Part shown: positions 50,755-61,521 of the stretch, piece after piece
Layout of the letters: each line of letters begins with the position of its first letter
How positions within the stretch are numbered: the first letter of the stretch is position 1
Assembly (NCBI GenBank): GCA_026026165.1
Contig: JAPEUD010000094.1
Coordinates: 1 to 64,000 of the forward strand
Direction of reading: 5' to 3'
Length of the DNA: 64,000 nucleotides
DNA from: Sarea resinae
Taxonomy: Eukaryota
The notes under the pieces: generated by a model
Told to the model about the DNA's origin: nothing
Seen by the model: the letters and a program-made list of their open reading frames with translations, nothing else
The model's database searches: none
Position numbers and translations under genes: made by a program

Positions 50755-53700
50755 GTAGTAGACTAGGTAAGATAGCAACAATAAATACATGTAATACTAT
50801 AAAGACTCTTAATACTCTACTAGGTGAAAGAGCTAATAGAGATAGTGTTAAGATAGTAGTAAAAGAGAAGAAAGGCGAGATTAAAGAGCCTATCTCTAAC
50901 TAGATCACTAATAAATTGCTAGATTAAATACAGTAAGAGTATAACGCTAAAGAGTAGCAAGCTTAATATTGCTAACTCTAAAGAGAGATAGCCTAGTTCT
51001 ATATAGAACAGCAACTATAAGCACTTGCATAAGTATTACAGCTAGTATAGGGCTATGCAGCTGCTACACTAGCACTTTATATCACAAACTAGACTAAAAT
51101 CTAAGCCTCTAAGCTATTTACTAGTAAAACAATTAAGGAGTATAATAAGTTTATCTGCTTCTATAAGATAGCCTTCTACCTAGGCGCTATTGCAGACAAA
51201 AGTGATAATATAGCAAAGGTGTTATATACTATGCAATACTTTAAAGATAAGCTAGCGCTAGTATAGCACTAGGTTAAAGAATTAACTAGGAAAGACACCT
51301 ATTTATAGGCGGAATTCGCTTTCTTCTTACTAGACTAAGTTAAAGATCTAGTAAATAGAGGTAGATTAATGTCCTAGCTATACTATAACGTAACGCAAGG
51401 TCTGCACTAGAGTATTAATAGCTTCGCAGCTTTCCTAGAGCGGATTAAGCTAGAAGTGCTAAGAGAATAAGATATCTCTAAAGAGCAGCGATATAACTTG
51501 TTCTACACTAAGATCTAAAGTGAAATTTACTAAGAACTGCTAAGGACGCTACCTATACTGCAAACATAGAGCGCTGCTGTTGCGTTAGCAAACTATATAG
51601 AAGAACTCTTCTATATAAGTAATAAAGAGAATAAGAATAAGAACCCTAGTCTGCTAAAGTCTAACAATATACGCTAGTAAAGCAATAATATAGAAAAGGC
51701 AAAGCCTTAGAAAAGGCAAGGAATAAAGAGGAAGTTTAACCTATCTAAGCGCAAAGGAAAGAGTTCCTCTTTGTAAGAGAAGAAGCCCTAAGTTTAGCAA
51801 AAGGACAATAAGTAGTCTAAGAGAATAACAGCGTAGTGCTATATCCCTATTAATAAATATTAGCAGAGGTAAGAAGAGAATCTTTGCCTTAACTGCAGCT
51901 AAAGAGGTTACTTTGCATTAGCTTATAAGAATAAAAGGACCTTTAGTGCAGCGCTAGCTTTATAACTAGAACTAGAGCCCTATATTATACGCTATCTTAG
52001 TGTAAGTAGATCTTAGAGCATTTAGGCCCTAAGGTTAGAGACGTTATTAACTATTTGTATACCTATTAGTACAGCAGATAGCACTACCTTAATTGACTTA
52101 GGAGTAAAAGCTTCTCTAGTTTTGCAATTATAGATTAAAGAGCATAGGATCTCTAAGGCAGAGCTAGGGCAGCTACCTAGCGCAGTGATAGTAAACAGCT
52201 TACAAGTAGCAATATATAGCTAACACTAATTAGAGATATAAGTCGCTAATAGTACTAGTATAAGGAAGACAATGCAGTGCTAGTTCCTTACTTACAACTT
52301 TAATAGTCCTCTATTCTTACTTAGATATCTATAGCTATCCTTATACTGCTACAATATGCGTTAGTTAGAAAGAAAGTTTAGCTATATAGAGCCTGCAGAT
52401 AAGCCTAGGCTAGGTAAAGAACACTAGAAGAAATGTCAGCAAAATTATTAAGGGATTATAATTGTTCCTAAACCTGTTAAGGTAGTAAAGCTACGCTAGG
52501 TAGGCACTAGCAATAAGATTCCTAAGAAATATAAGGAATTTGCTTCTGTGTTTAGTAAAGAGAAGGCTAGTAAGCTTTCTAAGCATAGCCTAGCTAACTA
52601 TGCTATAGAATTAGAGAGTAAAGACTCTTTATATAGACCTATATACCTATTATCCTAAAAGGAATTAGGCGTCCTAAGAGGATACCTTAATAACAGCTTA
52701 GTAAAAGAGTAGATTACTCTCTTTATTAGCTCTATTAGCGCGCTAATCCTATTTGTGCTAAAGAAGGATAGTAGCCTATAGCTTTATGTCGACTACTAGG
52801 CGCTAAACAAGGTCACTATTAAGAATCAATACCTATTACCCCTGATTTCTAAACTTATAGACTAAATAAGCAATGCTAAAGTTTTTTTAAAACTAGACCT
52901 AAGAGATACCTACTACTGTATAAGGATCTGCAAAGGCAATAAGTATAAGACAGCGTTCTACACTTATTATAGCTAATTTAAATATAAAGTTATGCCCTTT
53001 AGATTAGCTAATGCACTTGCTATATTTTAGAGCTATATTAACTACACACTACAAGGCCTAGTTAATGTTTGCTGTGTTATCTATCTAGACAACATTCTTA
53101 TATACTCTAATTCACTTAATAAGTATAAGAAGCATATACACTAGGTCCTTAAATAGCTATTAACCTATAACCTATATATAAAGCCCTTAAAATGTGTCTT
53201 TAGAGTGTAAGAAGTTAATTTCTTAGGATTTGTAATTAGGACTAATAGAATTGCAATAGAGAAGAGCTAGGTAGACACTATTAGAGAATAGCTAGCCCTT
53301 AAGACCTACTATAACCTCTAGGTCTTCTTAGGATTTGCAAATTTCTACTAAAGATTTATTAAGAAATACTTTGTTAAGGCGCTGCTATTAACTAGCCTGC
53401 TTGCTAGGAGTAAGAACAGCAAGAAAAGTAGTCTATTCTACTTCTTAGAAGAAGCTAGAGAAGCTTTTAAAGCCCTAAAAAGGCGTTTACAACAGCGCTA
53501 ATACTGTGTTACTATAACCTAAAGAGGCGAATATATATAGAAACAGACGCTTCTAGATTTGCTGTTGCAGCAATTCTATTACAGCTAGTTAAGGATAAAG
53601 AGAGTGTCTTAACAGCGTTATAGTAGCACCTAGTTGCATACTAGTCTAGAAAGCTTACTAATACTAAATCGAGATATAAAGTGTATGACTTAGAGTTGCT

Positions 53701-55990
53701 AGCTATTGTTATAGCTTTTAAGCAATAGCGCTACTACTTAGAAGAGGCTAATTACTCTATTAAGGTCTTAACTAACTATGCAAATTTACACTACTTTATA
53801 ACTATAAAGGAGTTAACCTGTTGCTAAGCTAGGTAGGCTAAGCGACTAGTAGTGTATAACTTTAAACTTATATATAGAGCAGAGAAAGCTAATCTAGCTA
53901 ATAGGCTGTTATAGCGCCCTAATTATAAGGTAAAGACATAGGGCTTAGAAGCAATACTTCTTACTCTATAGCAGAAGCTACAGAACCTATGTATGTTAAA
54001 GAGAGATAGCACTACACTAGTAATCTAAAACCTTCTTACTAGAACAGATAATAAGTATCTAGGCAAAATAGGCGCTAATACACCTAAGGATAATATGTAT
54101 CTATAAGGGATTAAAAACCTCTCTAGGCTAAGAGATAACACTCTACCTACTATTAATAAGCGATGTAGTTAAGCTAGCTTAACACCTAGCCTAAACCCTA
54201 TTTATAACAATGCTAATAAGCTAGTATTAAGAGATAAGTTTAAACACCTCTATATAAGATAAGCAATGTATAAGGCAGCTGCTAATAAAAGAGTGTATAA
54301 GCTGCTAATAAGCTAGCTGCTTAACGTTATCCTTAGGACTTAGTAGAAAGATTATTTCGCTAAGGAAAAGATTAAGAGCATTCTTACTAAGGAGGTTACA
54401 GGCTAGGAAAAGTAGAAAATTGACTCTACTAGCTTGTTACGCCTAGAAGGCAAGGTTTATATACTGTGTAATACAGCTATTAGGTTAGAAATCATAAGGA
54501 TAAACTATAATAACCTGTTTAGTAGCTACTTTAGCGCTAAGAGAATAATAGAGGTGATCTAGTGTAAATACTAGTAGACTAACTTAGCTAAGGATGTTAA
54601 GGAATATATTAATAAGTGCAATATATGCTAAAGAGTGTAAGTGCCTAGGTATTGCCTATACAACAAACTACAGTCATTACCTATGCCTTACTAGCTATTT
54701 AAAAAAATCACTATAGATTTTATAACAGGCCTACTACTAAGCAACATAAGAGATTATAAGGCCTACAATATAATAATAGTAGTAGTTAACTGCTATACAA
54801 AGATAGCGAAATATATTCTATGCTAGACAAATCTAAATGCTGCTATACTTACAGATATATTTGTTGATGTTATAACAACAGCGTATAGCAACCTAAAGCG
54901 CATTATATTAGATAGAGGCAGTGTATTTACAAGCAAATTTTAGTTAGCTATATGCTATTAAATGCGAATTAAGAACTAGCTTAGCACTACCTTCTACCTG
55001 CAGATAGATAGGCAAACTAAGAGGTAAAACCAGATGTTAGAACACTACTTACAGTGCTATATAAGCAGCTGCTAGGATAACTAGGCCTTGCTATTGCCTA
55101 TAGCTAAGTATACATACAATAATAGCATATATTTGTCTATAAGAATGTCACTCTTCTATGCTCTATACAGCTATAACCTAGATCTGCAACTTAATATCGC
55201 AGATAATGCTATAGAGAGAGAGGTGCTAGCAGCAAACAAGCGCTTTAATATCCTCTAAAGGGTAAGACAAAGACTAGAAGAGGATCTTACTAAGGCATAG
55301 TAGTACTAAGCTAAGTAGTACAATAGGAAACATAAGCTAATGTAATATAAGAGAGGTAATAGAGTTATGCTATTAGCGTGCAACCTTAGCACTATACACC
55401 TAAGTAAGAAGTTAGAGCACTGCTATATAGGCCTATTTATAGTACTTAACCTTATAAGCAAGTAAGCCTACTAGTAATAGTTGCCTAAGGCTTATAGATC
55501 TATCTATCTTATGTTTTATATATCGCTACTTAAGCGCTACTATAGCAATAGTAATACCTTAGACTAGCACTTAGAGCTAGTTAATAGTTAGGTTAAGTAG
55601 ATTATTAAGAAAATCTTAGGCTATAGAGTGCTTAAAAGAGAGCAGCAATATCTAGTTAAGTAGAAAGAAGCTCTAGTAGATAACACTAGCTAGAAACTAG
55701 TAGAGCACCTAGCAAACGCTATAGACCTAGTATAAGAATATAAGCAGCACTTACTCTCTAACTAGTATAGAGGCCTAGCAAACAAAGAATAGGATGCTAG
55801 TATACTATTAACTAAGCCCTAAGGTTAGCTAAGGAAACAACTACTTAATAACAGCGCTATAGAGGCGCTAGCTAAGAGACTAAGAGACTGCCTAAAGAAG
55901 AATCTACTTCTTTAAGAGAGACCTCTAAGTAGTGTAGAGGTGCTAGTAATAAAGCGCCTGTGTAGGAGGCTACAAAAGTATAGCCTAAAG
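50755..55990 (+). mobile_element. RIP-inactivated chromoviral Ty3/Gypsy retrotransposon, gag-pol (element 1)
   Basis: With RIP reversed: zinc knuckle CLNCxxxGHFAxxC 51885-51926, protease LIDSG 52089, RT [22 protein letters not shown] 52746 and IYLDDIL 53079, RNase H IETDASG 53537, integrase HH...CDIC 54502-54630, ITMDFITGL 54708, FHPQTDGQTERQN 54992, GPF 55430, IHPVFHISLL 55502, chromodomain W..EKILG...QYLVKW...TSWEP..HL 55598-55720. Confidence 0.95.
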
Positions 55991-56927
55991 CTGTAGGTAA
56001 TTATAGGAAGAAGACCTTACAGCTGTCTAAGAAAGGACACGCTGTTGCAGCACTAGTAAGAAGCTGCTATTAGAACTCTTTCTACCTCTTTTACCTACAA
56101 AGGTTTTTAGGTGGTTTTAGTAAGCTAGCAAAGGGGTAGGCCTGCGATACTATAGCGTGCTAACAGTGTATAGTCTCTATAAGAGGCTATTAGGTAATAG
56201 GGCGATAAAGCTACACAGCTACAATGCTATAGTTATAAGGGGTAATAAAGTTATAGAAAAGAGAAGTGATATTAAACTCTAGCGCTATTCTAGCGCACAA
56301 CCTACACAATCTAGTATACAAATAAAAACGAAAAGACTACTATCCTATTACCTAACTACTCTGTACTGCATGACTCTAGAGGCCCTAATTAGCCTAATTG
56401 CTAGTATTCCTCTAGGGCGTTATTATATTGTTATTATCCTTATTATTGCTCTTACTTACATATGTAACAAATAGTAAATCAAACTAGATAACTAGGTTAG
56501 CGCTATAGAGAGACGAAATAGACGCACTAAATTAGTGCTAAAGCAGAACACCTAGACAGTCTTAATAACTCCTTATATAGTCGATAAGATAGCTATAACA
56601 ACTACTTAACAACCTACTACTAAGGTATAATTAGTGGAATAGCACAAAGCAAAGAGATTAGAAGGTGACTGCTTCTCTAGGAAAGAAGTAGTAGGAGAAC
56701 TCTTAATTAATTGATTTAACTAAGGAATAAAGAACTGCACTACGCTCTCTAGAAACATAAAGATCTAACTAAACTAAACTGCATGAATAACCTCCTAAAC
56801 ATAAATCCTCCTACCTATTACTAAATTAACTCCTATACTAAAGAACACCTATATAACTGCTGACTAAGCTAAACCTAACTGATTTATCCTATAATATTAT
56901 TCCTCTCTATAAACTAAAAGTTGTCCC

Positions 56928-59900
56928 TTAACTTTCACTGTTATTGCTGTTATCTTTGCTAGGTTGCGCAGCTCTAATTCTAGAAGATTGTCTAACATGC
57001 TTTAGATTAGGTGCGTCGCCTAAGTCTAACCTAGCTCTCTTATTTCTGTTTTTATCTAGTTCTTCTTCTGATTCTTTTTCTAATAGCGTAGCTATAGCAG
57101 ACTATTAGAGAGCAACGTCTAGTTCTATTTCCTTAGCGCCTCTTATTATCTGTTAAACAGTCTTGTTATAGACATCCTTTTCTGCAAGAGGTAGTGCAGG
57201 TAAAGTTTCAGAGATTTCTACTAGTTAAGGTGTGATACAACGTAGAATAGAGCTGCTAAACTAGAGAGAGCTAGTTATTGTCGCGAATAGAGCAGGATAA
57301 ACAGTTAGTAATGTAATTATAGTTAGAGAGAGAACTGCAGTTAATTCTGCTGATTGCTGCTAAGCATTTCTAGCCTTATAAACAGCTTGCGTAACCTTTT
57401 AGAATGGCGTCTGTTTTGTTAACAGAGACTTAGAGAGTAGGTAGGATAGCGATTTTATAACTAGAGTAGTAGGGAAACTCTTAGATAGTCTAGCTGTTTC
57501 TTTAGCAGATTTATCGCTGTTATACTTAAAGTCAGATAGCTTAGGATCCTTATTATTGCTAACAACAATCACATTATAGTCTTAAGCCTAGAAGAAAGAC
57601 TTTTAGCTATAGATACATCGCTCTTCTTTTTTAACTAAGGCTTAACTCTTCTTAATTATCTTTATAGCTGTCTTGCGCTAGTCTTTAACAAATTCTTATA
57701 GCTTTTGCGCCTTACTTCCTAAGACAATGTCCTGTTCTTTAACAACTATAGGGTTATCCTATTAGCGTTGTCCTATAAGTGCGTCTAATAAGGCACCTAA
57801 TCCTGTTACTATTATAAGGGATCAAACTAGATCGCACTAGATAAGTGCTAGACAGTCCTAAAGATACAGGAACTGCTAAATTGTAATAGCGCTGCTATAC
57901 TTAATAGTTGTTAAGTGTGTCACTATCTTAGGTCTCGCTGCTAATATATCTTAGAGAACTTAAATAGGTGGCAGAACAAGCGTATTTATTAATAGAAGGT
58001 ATTAGCCTATAGCCTTATAACTAAGTAATAAGAAGAAGAGAAGAAAACTAACGCGCTAACTGCTTGCTTAACTAACAGCTAGGAAACTAATAACTAAATG
58101 CATGTATAAAGAATTCTTAATACTCTCTTTTCTAACTCTCTAAAGAACACAACCCTACTACTAACACCTAATAACTAAGCTATTACTAGTTTACCCTATC
58201 ACACTGTTACACTAGCTAGAAACTTATATAGAATTGCACTATAGGTATTTAGATGTCCTAATAGACTGCTAGACGCTAGTACTAGGTCTCTATACGCAAT
58301 TGCTATATCGTTCTAACTCCTTAATTCAGGTATTTCTAGTGTATAGTAGTCCTTTTTAACCTTAACAAGCTATAGAAAGATTACACGCCGAATTTTTGTC
58401 GGATTTAGGGCTAGTCTGTAAGGAATTGTAGGCATAGTGATCCTAACTCTATATTTCAAACAGGGCTGTCTCTACACTTTTAGTCCTAGCTTAATCTTAT
58501 CTGCCTTTGTCTATAATTTTGTATCTACTTCTTAGATTTTCCTAGCTTACTAGTATTGCTTTAGCTCTTAGACTGCAATCTCTTTTACCTAATCTTTAAT
58601 TTTAGCATGCATGCCTAAAAGGAGTTAAACACAGTTGTTATTATCTTCTTTATCTATAGAAATAGCTACCTGCACTATATTAGCGCCTCTCTTCTCCTTA
58701 ACAATTTGCCTAATGTTTTAATCTAAGTAGAAAAATGCAATTCAATTGTTTAGGCGTATATAACAGGCGTAATACAGATAGGAGATAAGGCTTACTATAT
58801 GATCTAGTCTGTGTAATACTGTAATTGCGTAGACTATAGAGTCCTGCCTAATAATCTGTTGTATAATTAAATGCATTATAGCTTGATTCTAACCTATATC
58901 TCTAGCCCTGTTTACAGACCGCTAATAATGCTAATAAAGGTCGAATTTGTCGTCTATTATATGCTCTATCCTAGCCTTTTTAAACCACGCTATCACATTA
59001 GGAATTATTACTAAACTGTCCTTGTTCTACTTAATGTGTATGTTAGCAGTTAGTTAGCTCTAAATTCCTTGTAAACTAGGTATGTAATCTAGGTCCTTGT
59101 TTTCTAGCTTTAGACAATATAGACTCTATATATCACTTTCTCTTACTAGTTAGTGATCCTTAAGGAACTAGTAGTAACTTTCTCTTTAAACTTTTAGCCT
59201 AATTAAATCTCTAGTAGTCTAAATAGTTGACAATCGCTCTGTTAGCTCTTTATCTTATCTTAAGGTTTGTAGGCTAAACTTCTCTGCTAATGCCTGTAAA
59301 TAGCTGCAGCATAGCGTGGCATTGTCTTCTTACACCTACTTAGCCTATTAATCTATATATTCTATTGCTGTAGTTGTAGACACTTCTTTCTTACTAGTAA
59401 TCTTAGTCTTAAATTCAGTAGTTATAACCTTAGGACAACAGCAAGCTTTTAGAACTTCTTTCTTCTTATCCTAATTCTCTACTTCTTTAGACTTCTAGAC
59501 TGTCCTAATGTTTACAGCTTCCTCTCCTAGTAGATCTGCTTCTTATGCAGTTTTGTAGTCGCTACTAACTTCTAGACTGTCCTAATCTTCTAGTTTAACA
59601 GGCGGCTTAACTTCTTTAGTTAGAAAGATTCTTTATCTATTATATCCTTAGTCTGCTTTTTAAAGGATGCTATACCTGTTAATATATCTATTAAACCTTG
59701 CTAGCTCCTCCTCTGTAATGTCTATTATAATAGGGATTTTGTTTTTAGCTTTTACAGCTGTAGCTACAGCTGTCTAGTTGGCAGAGATTTGTCCTACAGC
59801 TATTAGATTAGCACCTTAGCCCTTTCCTTTTTACAGTCTTATTATCGCAGCAGAATTAACTATTTTTATGCTTTCCTTAAAGGAATGCTTTAACGCAACG

Positions 59901-60538
59901 GCTTTTATAGCGTCTAGAACGTTCTAGGCTATTTTGTCTAGGGGTAGTAGCTTAGCAGAGTCTTTAAGTCCCTATTCCTTCTGTATAACTGCTCTAGCCT
60001 TAGCTATTCTCTTATATACAGTCCTGCCTATAGCTGCTACACGTTGAAATTCTTGCATAGAAGTGTCTTTGCTATTTAGTAGCGCAACTAGAGCTAGGTA
60101 TTGTTGAATTCTATCCTTTGCTAGTGTAAACAAGTAGGCGAATTCTGTGATCTTATTGCCTATTTCCTTAACAAATCTTAAGAACTACTCCTTTTACAGC
60201 TCTATATCTAGTGTTTTAATATAGCTTAGAAAATGCTCGATGTTTTGAAAATTAACTCTATAGATTGTTAGAAGAGATTAGGTTGTAAGAGGTATTAGTA
60301 GTGCAGATTCTGTAGCAATAGTTGCTAGCTCTATATTTAGCTGCTCTTAATTTTCTTGTTTAGAACTTCTAGCTAGTCTAGTTGTTTCCTCTTCTCCTTC
60401 TACTATTAAGACATTGTTGTTTTTAGTTTGTAAGAAGGGCGTGTTTAGAGTGATAAAGAGACCTTAGCTATCTGATTTAGGAGAATAAGAAGGGGATTTA
60501 GAGGTAGCTCTCTCTAAGCGTTGCTGTTTTTCAGTTAT
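56928..60538 (-). pseudogene. RIP-destroyed ~1070-codon ORF with PhyH-like 2-oxoglutarate/Fe(II) dioxygenase domain, interrupted by a solo LTR
   Basis: One reading frame throughout once 57809-58203 is removed (3216 nt = 1072 codons). The stops seen are TAA/TAG/TGA explicable by C>T or G>A changes. De-RIPed core: EFDLYQHH...QQIIRQDP..YA...RPDH.SLISYPYY...FF(H)xD...RGANMVQVAISMDEEDD.NC..LLLGMH...QPC....VRITMPTIP(H)G....RRVIFPW...GSW.D.AIAHRDL...GLGALSDALIGQRRWD. Confidence 0.7.
57813..58203. mobile_element. solo LTR (391 bp) with 4-bp target-site duplication
   Basis: Starts TATAAGGG (RIP form of TGTGAGGG) and ends CCCTATCACA. Flanked by CTAT (57809-57812) and CTGT (58204-58207). Excision restores the frame of the surrounding ORF (V-T-V-T-G-L-G-A-L). 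Confidence 0.7.
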
Positions 60539-61141
60539 TCTGCTAGTTTTAACTTCTAGACTGTCTAGATGTTGTAAAAGAGGTGATTTTAGTAGTATCT
60601 AGGTATAGTATGTTTAGACTCTTTGTACAGCAGCAATGTCTTTTAGGAATGCTTTTTAGAAGATACTAGATTAAGCGAGCTAATTAAGGTGAGTTAGTTA
60701 ACTAAGCTAATAAAGATAGTAGCTAAGCAAACAAATTAAGAGATAAGGTAGTAAGCGAGCTAATTAGGATAGGAATTGTAAGCAAGCTAATAAGAATTAA
60801 GTATAAAGAATTAGTAAAAAAAAAGAGGAATAGAGCAGCAGCAGCAGGCAGTTATAAAGAGATGTAGGAAGTATATAGGAAGGATAGAGGTAGGTAGAGT
60901 TAGCCTAATATTTATACTCCTTGCTTAGCTAGCCTAATCTAGATATTCAGACAATTATCGTTGATTATTAGTAGTAGGAAACTTCTTTTTCTTTGTCTTT
61001 TATTGATTGCTATAGCGGTTGCTAGCGTGCTATAGCTGATTTTAGGTGTGTAGTAGTTGCTTTATTGTTGTTTGTTTATTGCTTAGCCTTACCTCACTTT
61101 TTAGTAAGGAACGCTGCAAAAGGTAAGGTAATGTTAAGCTA

Positions 61142-61521
61142 TGTATAAATAGCGTGTAATCTGTGTGTAAATCGCATGTAATTCGCTGCAGTTGCTTAAG
61201 TAGGATTATTACTAGCTTATATCTTATTGCTTAGTTATGCAGCAAGTTAGTTGCGCTATGTGTTTTCCTATATGCTAAGTTATAAGCACTAGCTTAATTA
61301 GTAGCAGTCTGTGCTTTTAATTGCTTTATACTCCTTTGCTAGCAGGTTAATACTAGTAGTAATCTTATGCTTGCGCTAGATATTTAAGCTTGTAACACTG
61401 TAAATAGGTTTCTATTAGTGGTTTTAATTAGGAATAAGTAGTTGTATTGTAAGGTGTTATATGTAGCGTTTATAGGTAGTTTTAATTGAGTTTCTATGCA
61501 TTAGCAGTGTATATATATATA
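61142..61521 (-). repeat. putative 3' LTR of Ty3/Gypsy element 2
   Basis: On the minus strand it follows a polypurine tract (AAGAAAAAGAGAGAGTAGAGG, 61542-61522), starts TATATA (RIP form of TGTATA) and ends TATACA at 61142. 380 bp. The partner LTR is not in the window. Confidence 0.5.

Noticed and set aside
56000..56927. Additional small ORF or LTR between element 1 pol and the antisense ORF
   Set aside because: Some acidic-codon-like runs on the minus strand, but no recoverable motif and no match to the 5' LTR.
60911..60917. TATA box plus pyrimidine-rich leader for the antisense dioxygenase ORF
   Set aside because: The position is plausible, but RIP creates TATA-like words everywhere, so it is not diagnostic.
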